Assembly (NCBI GenBank): GCA_951406725.2
Contig: OX597818.1
Location: 58,094,001 to 58,158,000 of the forward strand
Length of the DNA stretch: 64,000 nucleotides
Reading direction: 5' to 3'
Source: Octopus vulgaris
Taxonomy: Eukaryota
A program made the position numbers and the translations under genes. The notes beneath the pieces were generated by a model that saw nothing but the letters and a program-made list of their open reading frames with translations, was not told the DNA's origin and did no database searches. Position 1 is the first letter of the stretch. The number at the start of each line of letters is the position of its first letter. Of this stretch, positions 37,200 to 52,397 are shown piece by piece.

Positions 37200-37727
37200 T
37201 GTGTGAAAATAGTAAAAGAGAGAGGGATTATTGTCGACCGGGAGATTTGCAAATATATCCCACAAAAAAAATGCTTTGGTCACATTTTTCTCAGCACCAT
37301 TATAACAAAGATATGTTAACTAGCAGATGGACGATTCCGTGTATGTAGACGTCAACGGAATCTCTAACATCCGTATGCTCACAGAGAAAACTGAGTCAAT
37401 TACGAGAAGAAAGAAAAAAATAAACCATGACAGATTTAAGTAAACTTGTTGTCATATGCTAGAATTTTTCTTCGGCAATGCATATTAAATCGTTCGAAAT
37501 AATGTTAAAATGGAGATATTCTTGCGTAAGGATAGCGTGTCAATTTATTTCAACGCATATTTACGACTCGTGTATTACTTATATTGGAAGGCAAATGGAG
37601 TCAAGCCTGCTGAATGGCTTTTTTCAGATAAAGATCAATACATATCCATTAGATTAATTTACTTAGCGTAACCTCTAATAGAGTTTTCAAACTATGTCAT
37701 AAGTTACAGTACTAGTTTACATATTAC

Positions 37728-37776
<49 letters not shown>

Positions 37777-37817
37777 TCATACATACACGTATATATATAT
37801 ATACACATATTCATATA

Positions 37818-37852
<35 letters not shown>

Positions 37853-37941
37853 GTGTATGAATATGTGTGTATATATATATATGTGTATATATATATATGT
37901 ATATATATATATATCTATACAGTTATTCATACATACATACA

Positions 37942-38013
<72 letters not shown>

Positions 38014-40072
38014 AAGATGTGATATAAAAAAAGTAGAATCAATATTGACGTTTGTTGACAGTCATTAGTTCATTGATTTTACTAGAGAGAAGGAAATGTG
38101 ATATTTATGCAACAATTTCGGATTCCATGTCACAGAATATTTGTTGAGTTCATCGGTTTATAAGTTCACTTGGAGAAGGCGATACTGTTTGATGATATCA
38201 GATATATATGAAAAAATACAAACTCAATTATAAGCTTACACAGTTACATACACAGAGTATGGCAGGTCGACAAATTGCTTGAATTGTGTTAGCATTCAGA
38301 ATCAATAAGACATAGTTTGCAGTCCACCTCGATTATCTAACATAATTGAAAGAATTTACATAGCCACGCGTATGTATAATAGAGAGAGTATATGAGTATG
38401 TTAAGTGAAATAGGTTAACGTAGATCATTTATTATAAACATGAACCTGTGGCATGAAAGAACTAAAAGCAAACCTGTCTAAAATGTTTACCATTTTTATA
38501 TAAATTCAAAATGCATTCGAAATACCTACACGTATTTTTAATTATTTTTTTTTATCAATTCGCCAATCCTATATGTCTTTACATGATATTTGGGCAAAAT
38601 GCGACATATTTAGTATACGTTAAACCAATGGCTTCCTGTTGATTTAAGTACAGAAGAGCTGGAGCATTCAGTTATATGTAAGGGGGTTACTTTTCATAAA
38701 ACGACTCTTTTGCTATTTCAGCACTGAGATCCCTTTCGTTACACAGATATACAGTCGCCGCATTTGACACCTGCCCATCCTCTAATAAAATCCTAGTATA
38801 TTTGGAATTCATATTACAATCTCTCAAAATCTGATTCCCAGTTATAAATTATACACTGAATCCCATGATTTCTCCAGAATGGCATTAACCACTTTACGAA
38901 CAGAGCAAATTTATAAAAGATAGCGTTACTATATCACGCTTATTTAGTCTACTCACTAACCTAGGTAATTTACATTTACTAATAAAATAATAATTTTCAA
39001 AAAGAAGAAATTCAATTAATACTTTCAATATTGTTCCAGTTGCTGTGCCTCCATATCCGGCGATGATCTCTAATGGCTAATGGATACCCTTAATCATTAA
39101 CATTTCTACGAGTACATCTTCAAGATTAGCCCATCTTTGTAGGGCTAGAAAACGCACTTCTGTTCCCAGAATATGCTGACGTTCTACACGTCAAGTATCA
39201 AATACAGAAGAGAGTACTTTGCGCTCTCTGTGACGCTGATGTAGTCACAGACCCTAGGAACATGTATGCATCAAGAGAAAGGCTAATAGACCGTTCTTTT
39301 CATTACACATCCGAGGAAATCTCGTTGTCCTATACCCTAGATGTCGTTTCTGTTATTATTGGAATGGTATCTGCTTATCTGTCATAACCAGAATATCATC
39401 TGATCCTCCACGTATCAGATATCCCAGAAAAGGCTCAACGCACAGTCTCACAGAGGATTTGATCCCCCTCAATATGTCCGACACTAGTCACCTTGACTAA
39501 TCTCTCTTCCCCACATTATTTGCCGTCTGGTATCTGACCCAACCTTATTAGTCTCACCAGTCTCAGAGTGTCTATAATGATCATGGCATCCGCCCTTTTC
39601 TCCCAGACGCAAGAAGCAAAATAAGCAAATATTAATTAATTATTATGACAAAACTCCATGGACATCACACATCATAAAAAACAAAAGAAAGCATAATAAA
39701 CGTAAAACAGCGTTACAAATAAGGGAGGAAACATTTTCGCAATTATTATAGTGTCAAATAATTTAGTCCATAATATAATTTACAATTAACCTTACAGAAA
39801 AAAGTTCAACTATTTTCATGCATTGTTAAAAAGATCAATGACGCGTATCGCTGTATAACAGACTATTCCGGAAAGAAGTTGTATTCAATTACTACTGGAA
39901 ATTAAAAGTGAATTTTAACTAAAAACGGTTTCTGTATTTCAATTGTCTCTAATAAATCGAGGTAAACACGGCTTTTAAAGTATTTCTCATATTTGTCTGC
40001 AAATGATAAATTACAATATATTTTATTTATTCGTAAAGAGGAACTTCAACATAATTATTTAACTCAATACCT

Positions 40073-40262
40073 TCAAACTTCCATGCTTCCTGAAATTCGC
40101 CAACACTACACCTGATGTTCTCCCTCCCATACACACGCAAGCATGTACCTGACTCATACACTGTTCATTTTCCAGACATTTGTACATTACTGCATATGCT
40201 TTATACGCACTTTTTGACAAGTTGTGGTGCACCTGAGCACTGTATACAATAATTTCATTATT
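40073..40262 (+). mobile_element. LINE (CR1-group-like) 3' end
   Basis: Homologous to the reverse complement of 43930-44115. Ends ctgagcactgtatacaataatttcattatt. Confidence 0.7.
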
Positions 40263-40353
40263 TTTTTTTTAAACGTACTCAGCGCAGTATATGATCGACT
40301 GCTATTTCTAGTAAATATACCACTATTCTATATTTCTATATATGTGTATACCC

Positions 40354-40402
<49 letters not shown>

Positions 40403-40716
40403 ATATATATATATATTTCTTGTTTTTCTTTCTACTGTTAATTTCAGAAAATAACATATGTTGAAAGAAATATTAGACTTACGCAACAACTTCTAGGATG
40501 AGTGATTACAATATACAGACCCTCGTTAAATTAGCAAACTCCATAAAACCTATGATTCATGCAGGAAATTCCTTAATGCGTCAGAAAGACATGTTTGCCC
40601 CTGTTCGGGTTGAATAAAATATCTCACAACAGGTGAACAGTTAATTATAAGATGATAAACAACAACTACAACAGCAGTTATAAGCGCAGGCTTCTCTTTT
40701 GCAGATGGAAAATATA

Positions 40717-40941
40717 TATTTCTTTACTGCCCACAAGGGGCTAAACATAGATGGGACAAACAAGGACAGACAAAGGGATTAAGTTGATTACATCAACCCC
40801 AGTGCGTAACTGGTACTTAATTTATCGACCCCGAAAGGATGAAAGGCAAAGTCGACCTCGGCGGAATTTGAACTCAGAACGTTATGACAGACGAAATACC
40901 GCTAAGCATTTCGCCCAGCGCGCTAACGCTTCTGCCAGCTC
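40717..40941 (-). mobile_element. SINE family A monomer with 16-bp TSD
   Basis: TSD gcagatggaaaatata at 40701-40716 and 40942-40957. Confidence 0.93.
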
Positions 40942-42519
40942 GCAGATGGAAAATATAGAGTTACTGTAAGTACAGGCAAAAAAATATATATACAGGTTTG
41001 TAACTACAGCCACATTGAGAACATCTGTCTATTGAAATACTATACAATTGCACAAGTAAAACAAATATCGAACTAATTATACTTCTTTTTGTTTAACTCA
41101 ACAAAGGATGATCCTAAAATGTGCGCATGGTTTCAGTGTAAGTTGCTGTATAGGTGTTCCTGTAAACTTTAATTTTTTCTCCAACTCAGAGAGAAATAGT
41201 AAACTGAATTTCAATTGAACTCTGGGGACAGTAGATCATAAATAATTACTGTAAGGCATTTAATCTCAAGTTTTAACGATTCCGCCAATCAACGGCTTTT
41301 CCGTTCTGTTTCAGATAATAACAACAGCATTAAATAACTCTCTGTGTAATGATTTACGTGCGCTTAGGTAAATGCGATTCTGTGCAATACGGTAATTAAA
41401 AGGCTACACAATGTTTCCAGCACTAATGTCTTTCTAATGTGGCAGTTAACAAAATCTTCACTATAATCACTAACACAATGCATTGCTAGAGTGTTTTCCC
41501 CTCTCAATAAAGCTGTTTAGAATATAAACTTAATAGGCTACCCATGTCGTCTTAACTGACAAAAGATTTCTCAATTATATTAAACGGCGCATGGTAGACC
41601 CATTCAAACAATTGCTAAAACAACTGATAATTAAATAACTTTCTAATAGCATTGAACGTACTCTCCCTTCTTTAATCTATTAAAGCTTGACTGAAAACAA
41701 ACAGACATCTTTAATTATAATACACAAATAAATCTTTTGATATAACATTTTAATCTAATTATTAACAACCCTTACGACAATTTTAGTGGTGTTGTTTTGG
41801 TAAGCTGTGGTGAAATGGGATGATCAAATTTACAATTTAGTTAAATAGCCTTCAGAAAACGGATTACGTTTGCGAAACATAAGACCGTAATAACGTTTGA
41901 CAGTGTCACATTATAGGTAAATACATTAATAAACTTTTGGTGGGTGTGATTAATCGCTGAGAGAGAATATTGATCATGAAAGTAGAAAGGAGTGCCTCAC
42001 GACTTAAAGGAAAATAACACGAATGTCGTGTTTAAATGTCGTACGAATTTACAACAGGCCGTGCAATTCATTGCTCTACCGAGCACATAGACTACTTTCT
42101 GCGGAATTCGGTCTCTTGCAAATATTTCATTGGCGTCCCCGCTTTAACGATGAATTCCACTCTCAGTCTCTGAGACTTAAATTATAGGTTCCGGAGTACG
42201 AAATTTCTCTTACAGATTAATTATTGAAATCCATTTGGTGCCTGCAAAATTTGAAATATTGTCTTAGTGAATCTAGCAGAGAACTGATCAAATTGTGGCT
42301 AAGAAAAGTATGTTGAATAGTTCTAAACTTAGGTCCTAGATTATCCACATCTGGGTTGTACGTTTATCTAATTTCTTCCTACAGGTAAGATGATTTTTCG
42401 CTGCCAGCACATATCTTTGCCAGTATATATATGTATATATATATATACAGCGAAATTTTACTATAGCGTCGTATATTTACTGCTATTTCCAGTAAATATT
42501 GATGCATTACTGTACAACT

Positions 42520-42858
<339 letters not shown>

Positions 42859-42930
42859 ATGGTGGTGCCCCAGCATGGCCACAGCTCGTGAGCTGAAACT
42901 AGAATCAATCAATCAATCAATCAATCAATC
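42859..42930 (+). mobile_element. Ultra-short LINE 3' end with (ATCA)n tail
   Basis: atggtggtgccccagcatggccacagctcgtgagctgaaactagaa matches the 3' terminus of the element at 10191-10590. Confidence 0.8.
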
Positions 42931-43283
42931 ATATATAATGTTATTGATAATAATAATAAACACATAGAGAGATGAAAGTTAACATGTCAAATATTGCTGA
43001 CAGGGACCACCCAAAAGTTATCCCTTTGTAATTTACTTATCAGTCACGATAGGTGGCAATATATCTTTAAAAGAAACGGAGATAGACTCAAAATAGAAAT
43101 ATGTGGAAAATGAGATAACCTGAACGGAACGTGGTATCTGAATACAATAATCCCTGCAAAGATAGGTGCTTTTGTATATGGCTAAAACCCACACAAATAA
43201 ATACATGACCAGATGCCATGACTTACTAATATATATATATATATATATATATGTATTGTATATATGTATGTATATGTATAAAT

Positions 43284-43334
<51 letters not shown>

Positions 43335-43336
<2 letters not shown>

Positions 43337-43500
43337 TTATAGAAAAACAAAAGATAAACACAGATATATGTACAACAAGCTAGTGTATTAATTTGTCGCT
43401 CAGGTATGTGAGAAAGTTTTTTTTTTTAAGTTTTGAGTCTACGCTCTTCAACAGAAATGATTAAAAGAAAATAATGAGAGAGTAAAAAAAAAACCTTTGA
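43335..43500 (-). mobile_element. Putative Penelope-like terminal-repeat remnant (hammerhead-like family)
   Basis: Parallel to 11582-11728 (aaacaaaaga..., gtatta.t...cgctcagg, ctacgctcttc.acagaaa). Adjacent to (TA)n. Confidence 0.5.
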
Positions 43501-43811
43501 TTTTAGCCACACACGCATATCTTCATTGTTAGCCACCTCACACATCTACCGTAAAGGATATTCATTCAGTAGAAATTAGACTAAAGCAAACCGCAGCATA
43601 TCTCCAAGGCCCACACGTCAGTGTTCATTGGTTCAGTGAAAGTACGTAATGAAGATAAAATAACTGAGTAAGGTGAATTAAGTAGTGAACGAAATGACTA
43701 CAGATAATATAACTGGAATGGATAGATTGATTAACGTTAGTAATCTATGTCCTGAACGAAATTTTATATGACATAATGTAGCAAAAGTGCATTTGTGGAA
43801 CAGAAAGGTAA

Positions 43812-44165
<354 letters not shown>

Positions 44166-44169
44166 CGAA

Positions 44170-45275
44170 GTATAAAACCACATCAACATCCCGGACAGAA
44201 AGAAACAATGTGAAATCGTGAGAAAGGAGAAACATTAGGAACTATAACGTGGATATAGGATTAAGAAATGAAGAGCTGGAACTAAGGCCGCAAGCTGAAA
44301 CTGCAGACATTAAGAAATATGATCAAGGATTTGAGCAACATAAAATTAAAAGATTATTACAACATTTTCAAAAAACAAAATGGCTTTATCATTAGCTGAT
44401 AAATATATAATTCAAATATATCTCACTTTTTATCTTTATTCAAAATGTGGCAATATATATAACATGTTTATCATAAAGATCAAAGAAATAACTTCTAAAG
44501 GTTACCAGCAGTGAGGAAACTTATGCTGAAGATAGTAGGAGAATTTGGAATAACATCCGGGATAACGGAAAATATCATAAGAAAGATGTTGAATGGTCGA
44601 AGTAAGGAAGATCGGAGACAAATGATGTCAAGCAGAACAATATAAGGATAACAATTGAAGTGATGACGGAGAAAACTGCAAAGGTTCCAAATTGGAAATT
44701 TCCAGGTTTGGATGGGGTGGAAAAGTATTGGCTGAAAAATTCCCGAGCATTGCACAAAACAATAGCTGTGCAAAAGCATAAAATGATCAACAAAGTATGG
44801 AAATCCCAAAGTGGATGACCACATATAAAAACGTTCTGTGCCAAAAGGATCCCGCCAAAGGTAATGCACTGGATAATTACCACCCTATCCCTACCTACAC
44901 CTGATGTGGAAGTTGATGATTGGAATAATATCCAATTGCTTGCATGACTTTCTTGAAATGAATACGAAGCTGTCAGTAGAATAAATAGGACCCAGGAGGA
45001 AAAACTGAGAGACAATCAACTTCTGATAGAATTAGTGCAAGGATAGATATATGAATTTAGGTATAAAGTAGATCAGTTATAAAAAATCTTTTAACATGGT
45101 ACCCCATTCCTGGGCTTTAGAATGTGTTCAGTTGGTAGAGGTGTCTAAGGATCTTTTGAAATGTAGCTGAACATTAACGAAGAAATGGAATACAGTGTGA
45201 AAATAATGTAGAGGATTTGGAACGACGGTTAATAACACGAACGGATTTTGTCAGGAGGTTATCTACTGTGTGATA
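44170..45275 (+). pseudogene. Decayed R4/Dong-like non-LTR retrotransposon RT region
   Basis: Piecewise translation across frameshifts: SRRIWNNI..YHKKDVEW, PNWKFPGLDGVEKYWLK, PKWMTT, VLCQKDPAKGNALDNYHPI, MWKL, YKKSFNMVPHSW. Many stops and frameshifts. Confidence 0.72.
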
Positions 45276-46010
45276 CGCAAGACGTCTTAGCCCCAGGTGG
45301 GAAGAGCCGATCTGTACATAACCAACGACAGTAAATATCTCATGCCAGTTTCTTCAGCTGCTGGGAAAACTTCCGTACTGCTAATGAATTCAGGAACATT
45401 GGTTTCTATGGGTCTACAAATATGAAAACATGTAAACATGTACGAACAGACCTGGAGTGTTTGAAACAAGCTACGAAACAGGTAGTGAACAAATATTTCA
45501 TTCTGCAGCTCGGCGTAAACTAGGCCTTGCTGGAAACTGCGAAAGAATGGAAGACTCGGATAATTGGCGTAAATTGTGAAAGGTATCTTGTTTGTGGTTG
45601 TTTAAAGAAGAAATATATTTTAGTCTCAATTTCCATCCATCTCTACTCATATTTTGTCCCTGTACAACGGGGTACTGAACAGTTCCTGGCTTCAGATAAT
45701 AGAAAATACAGGCGGATCATTTAATTATGATTTCATTCAACATATTTCCCTCCGTGTATCATGCACTTATCGCAGTGGTCTTTTAATTTTCCCAAGCCCT
45801 GTAAAAGAACTCGGAAGGTTGGGTTTTCAATCAAGCCTTGTGCGATACCCTTAAGGCCGAGAACTTTCCAGCTTTCTCTCCTATAACCTTTTGTTCCCAA
45901 TTATAGCCCTAATCTAATGACATCCCCTGTTTCTACATTATGGCACAAAAACAGAACCACGTGCAAGGTACTTCACGTTGCATCCTTTCCTCTACAGATA
46001 TATCCATGTT

Positions 46011-46227
46011 GGCGAGCTGGCAGAAAGGTGGCGAGCTGGCAGAAACGTTAGCACGCCAGGCGAAATGCGTAGCCGTATTTCGTCTGCCGTTACGTTCTGA
46101 GTTCAAATTCCGCCGAGGTCGACTTTGCCTTTCATCCTTTCTGGGTCGATAAATTAAGTACCAGTTACGCACTGGGGTCGATGTAATCGACTTAATCCGT
46201 TTTTAGCCCCTTGTGGGTAATAAAGAA
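46011..46227 (+). mobile_element. SINE family A with duplicated head and 19-bp TSD
   Basis: ggcgagctggcagaaa occurs twice. TSD acagatatatccatgttgg at 45994-46012 and 46228-46246. Confidence 0.93.
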
Positions 46228-47818
46228 ACAGATATATCCATGTTGGTTTCCAAAAAGTACCACATAAATCAGTTGAGGTTCAAAGATATATTTTTGGTAT
46301 CGACGATTTTAAGCTCCGTTTTATATCCGCAGATCTAGTTTCCAAACTTTAAAGAGATATATGAGTTTTCTCAACACTGCTCAATGATTTTTCTCAACTC
46401 TGATCAGTTTTATTTAGCTCTGTGGAAATGGAATCCTCTATATGTGTTGCACATAATTAAATGACGCCCGACATACAAGTGAGAATATATCTATTTTCCA
46501 TGCAGGCTATTATATCTAATAGGGAACCAGTTGCGATATTCATATCTAGAAATGAAGTGTGTAGAACACCATGAATACCAGCAATGGTTCTTGAGAATCG
46601 TTGTCTCCAGATACATAATGTTAGTGGAATAAAAATTCAAATATATCACACTATTTTATCTTTATTCAAACTGTGGCAATATATATAACGTGTTTATCAT
46701 AAAGATCAAAGAAATAACTTCTAAAATCTATCATTGTCTCTATTACACTGACACCATATGAAGCGGGAATTATGGCTTGGATACTAGCCATGTGAGATTT
46801 GGCTTCTCGGGTTATCTAACGCTGTATTGACTAACAAATTATTTAAATTTTCTAGATCTGTAAGATATGATACATCATACATATTGATATGCATAAAACC
46901 GTCCATAATATTGATAATCAGTAGGCATATCTAATTCAGCACATATAATTCTTAATATATTAAAAATCTAGAAATCTACATTACCATTTATAGTGAATTT
47001 CATGTATCATATTGTATCATTTAAAATTCATATGAGTGATATAAATTTCACTGATGTGTATTCACTGAAAATCTACTGATATATCATATCATAAACAAGG
47101 AAACGTGAGCCGAATACATATACTTGTCTATTATATCAGTAAATACTATCGTTAAAGGAACTAAACAGGAAAAATACCGGCTTCAAAAATATAACCTAAA
47201 AGAACTAAATAGTTATGGAATTATGGCGAATATATATTTGAAGCATGAATCTATAAATTTCATGGATTTACAAACTTCCTTTATCACTAAATAAGCTATA
47301 AAACATTCCAGAATTTGTATTTTACGTATTTTGACAGATTTTTTTGATATTCAATCTTCAGAAATCCTATCAAGAATTGCCCATATACATTATAAACTGA
47401 TTCAGCAATGTTTATATTCGTTATATATTTTGAGTGGTGGTGGGGGGTTATATATCCACATGTTTACCGAAGAAGATATTGCTGCAAGCATAAACATTTT
47501 ATTAGTCAGTGAGGCAAAATATTTATTCTTAATTACGCTCCCAAATTGTGTAAGGAATTTATTTTGAGGTCTCTGCCTGATATTGCGTATATGAGTGAGT
47601 GGGGTTCACCCATTCGTGTAGCAAATGCGATATGAATTTCCGTTGAATACGTTGTCAGTATAAATTTGCGTTGCAGGCACAACTAGCCCTTTACGAGTAT
47701 ACAAAAAAAAATAGGCGACAGTAAAACATTAGTGACCTTTGTATAAACCTCGATATTGCAGTTTAGATGGTTAATATCTAATCTTTATACTGGCCATGTA
47801 TAACAGCAGACATGTCGG

Positions 47819-47819
<1 letters not shown>

Positions 47820-47901
<82 letters not shown>

Positions 47902-48125
47902 AACACAAAAGATTACAGTTTTAGGAAAGAAAAATTCCTATCGTCGGTGCTACAAGTAAACTCAGAGGACAACAGCCTTCCTAAATATCCTAGATGTTTC
48001 CTCGATCCATTTATTGAAATCATTTCAGATAATTCCTAACGCATCTATAACTACTGGGATACATTTTACCCGCACTTCCTATAGTCTCTTAAATTCGATG
48101 GCTGAGTTCTGGTACTTAAATATAT
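47820..48125 (-). mobile_element. R4/Dong-like element 3' end with (TAA)n
   Basis: Minus translation KRL*EVRVKCIPVVIDALGII...TSRIFRK resembles the C-terminus of R4-clade ORFs, followed by a short UTR and (TAA)n. Confidence 0.6.
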
Positions 48126-48356
48126 ATTTTTATATCTCTCATATTATTTTTTTCATCATTTCAGGTTTCATAAATTAAGTACCATCTGAACACTAGGGTC
48201 GATTTAATCGACTCACCTTTCTCAAAATACATGCCCCTGTGGTAAATTTTGAAACCGTTTATTATCATCATCATCATCATCATCATCATTATTGTAATAA
48301 TAATAATAATTATTATTTATCCTTCTTTCTTCAAATTTTCTTCCGTTTCTCGCCGA

Positions 48357-48421
<65 letters not shown>

Positions 48422-48844
48422 CATCATCATCATTTTTGGTGAAGTTATTATTTAAACAACTAAAATGGCGAGCATTTGAATATGAAGGAGATAAAGTTTA
48501 ATTACAAACATTGTTAGACCAAACACATGAAAGCAATCAATTTTGATTGGATTCATTTTCATTGTTTGACAAAACAACAAACACAAAATGTATTCTTTAT
48601 CAAAGCGAGATGGAATTAGACGTTTATAAATAATTTATTATAAATGCTACCCACGAGAATAAAGAAAACGCTTTTATTACGCAAATGTGTCTACCATATT
48701 ACGGAAGAAAAAATGATTAAATATTGTCTGTTTTGTTCAACAGCGATCAGCATTCTGAAGGTTTCGTTCAATGCTTATATTTCTTATTTCTCTGCTAAAT
48801 AAAGTTTAAATAATGCATTTATTTCAATTATTAATAGATTTAAT

Positions 48845-48930
<86 letters not shown>

Positions 48931-49196
48931 ATATATATGTTTCCTATCACGTAACACGCACTTTGGTTTTAATACACAATAATAATAGACTAAGGAATGC
49001 ATAAGGAATTAAGCATCCGTTTTAAACACAAATTTGATTATCTTTCTAAAAACAAATTCATTGATTCGAAATATTTTCTTCAGTCGAGTGTAGTTCAAGG
49101 CTCTTAATCGGACAGTTATAATAAGTGCCTACAGGTTTGAAAGAATGTCACTTAGAAACCAATTCTGTTAATAGACACAATTATATGAAGTTTGTG

Positions 49197-49244
<48 letters not shown>

Positions 49245-49463
49245 GTAGGTCCCGGGTTGAGTCGGGGTTAACCACAGTAAATAAGGTACTCAATACATTG
49301 TAGAGTAAAGTAATTTATTTTATAGAAGGAGCTTCTACAGGACTAGAACTGTTTCATTCAGATGAAATCTTCGGGAAGCTGGCTGTCGAAAAAAACAACA
49401 AAAAAAACAGCCAGTTTCCCTGAACTTCTACAGTTCTAGTCCTGTAGAAGCTCCTTCTATAAA
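49245..49463. mobile_element. (TA)n-embedded element ending in a fold-back hairpin, copy 2
   Basis: Same start as 21092. Perfect 34-bp arms at 49319-49352 and 49430-49463, plus an inner arm pair (gggaagctggctgt / acagccagtttccc). Confidence 0.8.
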
Positions 49464-49471
49464 CTAAAAAA

Positions 49472-49533
<62 letters not shown>

Positions 49534-49839
49534 TATACATATATGTACATAAATATATACATATATATCAACTATCAATAATAAACATGAGCACACTCCA
49601 GGAATCCAATATGGCTACGGTAATATCCTATGGATTAATATCCTAAGGATTATCCTATGGAATATATCTCTAAATTCTTAACGTATGAGAATATTATAGG
49701 ATCCATACATTAACTGTTAAATAATCTACTTTGAATCCCTAAGTGAGAGGAAACTGGTGAACATTTGACGATATCTCTTACTATTTACAAATATATATAT
49801 ATATATATATCAAGCTTGCATTTGAAGTAATATACATTT

Positions 49840-50320
49840 CTCATTTGCAGTTCTCTCAGGATTTTCAGGACGATATTGAACAGATGTAGGACCTTAAACT
49901 CTAAGCTATTGCGATAGCTCGTCCTCTATCGACCTGTATCATGACGATGGTGGAATGTTTGGCAATATTATGTAGCAACGAACCCGTACTACTGTTTGTG
50001 TAACTTTCAAGGGAAAAATGTTATACAAGTCCCTCTCGGAATTTCCGAATGCTTAACACTGCATGCGTTCCCCACTGTTTTTCAAGTGTAGAATATTACT
50101 TTATTTCGTCTCTTCTGGAAGCCACATTTCGCATTGAGACGATCTTGTTTGTGTAGCTTCACGGGTTTGCTCTGAGGTCTGTAGTAAATTTCACACTGTG
50201 TGATGTCCATTGTTGGAAGCACTAGTCGAAAGGACTGAGGACAAATGTATTAAAGAGGACCCTCATGGCTTTCCGTTCTCTCGTTCTAAATGTTGTAAAG
50301 GGACATATCATATGATTCGC
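49840..50320 (-). pseudogene. Old decayed copy of the CR1/L2-group LINE seen at 10191-10590
   Basis: Minus translation TFRTRERKAMRVLFNTFVLS.FD*C.Q.W...SYTNKIVSM...SYRNSLEFK..LFNI..LREL. Confidence 0.65.
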
Positions 50321-50572
50321 CGCCAGAATTTTATGGCCAACTTAGTAATATGCACTTGAAAATTAGTATCCTTATTGATGCCTATCACGCACAGATTTTG
50401 ATTCAAATATCGCAATTCATTCGGAAGAAGTGTTGTCTCTCTGTCTTTCATTCACCTTCCTGGGCTTTTGGACCAGGGATTGTAATTCTGCAGCATCAAA
50501 GTGCGTGTTATTCTCCTCACCCCACACGTATAAAAAATGCCCAGGGCTTATTGCTGGTGAGCAAGAGTTCTT

Positions 50573-50801
50573 ATTTCTTTATTGCCCAGAAGAGGCTACA
50601 CACAGAGGGGACAAAGAAGGACCGACAAACGGATTAAGTCGATTATATCGACCCCAGTGCGTAACTGATTCTTATTTAATTGACCCCGAAAGGATGAAAG
50701 GCAAAGTTGACCTCGGCGGAATTTGAACTCAGAACGTAGCGGCAGACGAAATACTGCCAAGCATTTCACCCGGCGTGCTAACGTTTCTGCCCGCTCGCCG
50801 C
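50573..50801 (-). mobile_element. SINE family A monomer with imperfect 19-bp TSD
   Basis: ctggtgagcaagagttctt (50554-50572) vs ctggtgggcaagggttctt (50802-50820). Confidence 0.9.
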
Positions 50802-51116
50802 CTGGTGGGCAAGGGTTCTTCCGCAAAAACAACTTGCCCGGAATTGTGCCTCAAACGAGATCAGGGTAGGTGCAATCCCGCGGTCATATTTATATACAGA
50901 GGGAGAGAGAGAGAGAGAGAGAAGTTGTCAGTATTTTCACTGAATGTAATCATATTCTTTACAAACATTCCCCGTGTAATGGTAGTATTATACGCTGAAA
51001 TTTAAGTTACGTCCCACTTGGTTTGTGCAAGTATTGCTTTTGATATTCAACTTATTTTGATTTTCACATGCGTGTTTGATTGAAGAGGTCTTACACACAT
51101 AAATATAGCACATGAA

Positions 51117-51259
<143 letters not shown>

Positions 51260-51278
51260 ATATATCTATATCTATATA

Positions 51279-51335
<57 letters not shown>

Positions 51336-52397
51336 CTGCGTCAATATATATTAGAATTTGAATGAATCAATACTCTTTTTCTTAAAGAAAGATAAACGGA
51401 GCCATTTCCTGATAGTCTTTGATATGTACAGTCAATTCTAGTGAAATTATTTGTGTTTTTTCAACAAAATGTACCCAGCAAATAATTGTAATCACAAAAA
51501 GGAAAATAAATAATAACGTTTGAAGACGTAACTTAGTTCACTGGCCCAGCTATAGGCTTTCAAAGAAATCAATAAGGTACTTTTAAGATCCAGGAATTAA
51601 TTGTATGAATACAATGTATGGAAAAAATATCCTACATTCCAAATGCTTCAATGGATACAAAAACGAAAGAATGGTTTAAAGAATTTGATAAAATAACTGC
51701 ATCATGAGTTTAAAAATATAAATCAACGAATGATATTGTCATGTGAAAGATTGCTTGCACTTCTGTAGATTTTAATCTCAAATTCTAAAAGGTCGTTTTA
51801 AATTGAAAACATGATTACTTTGTTTTTAAGTTTTCTAAAGATAAACTCTACTTTTTTATATTTTCTGTTTTTTTGGCTTTATTTACTTATTACATTTTTT
51901 GGAAATATTATTTTAAGACAGAAGAAAGAAACCTTGGTGGATGTTGAAATTTCGAAAAAAAAAAAAAAATTTCCTGCTTCATCAATGGTTTTGTCAACGA
52001 TTAATAAAATAAAAATAGTAATATGAAAAGTTGAAATTTCTTTCAAATTCAACTTCGCCTTAAGGTTTGCGATGATTATCTCAGATTATGTATGCATTCA
52101 GTAACGTATAATTTTGAAGAGGTTAATAACCCGAAAATCCAGATTAAAAAAAAAAAAAGCTCAAACGCCTGCTTTTACGTTTATTCAAAATTGACAGAAT
52201 GACACGACTAATTCGAAACGTAATTCGTGACTCCAATACTGCTTCATTATTCCAATGCTTCCTTAACTACATTTTCTGATCTGTGTTCATTTTCTTTTTT
52301 CCAAAATAAGCTTAGCATAAAAAAAAAATCAGTACATTTTAGAACAAATTGATTTCCAAGTTAAAATTTGGATATAACACTCTTATAATATATTTCT

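Noticed and set aside
45290-45990. Possible additional decayed LINE fragment
   Set aside because: Composition suggests an old element, but I could not read a convincing motif.
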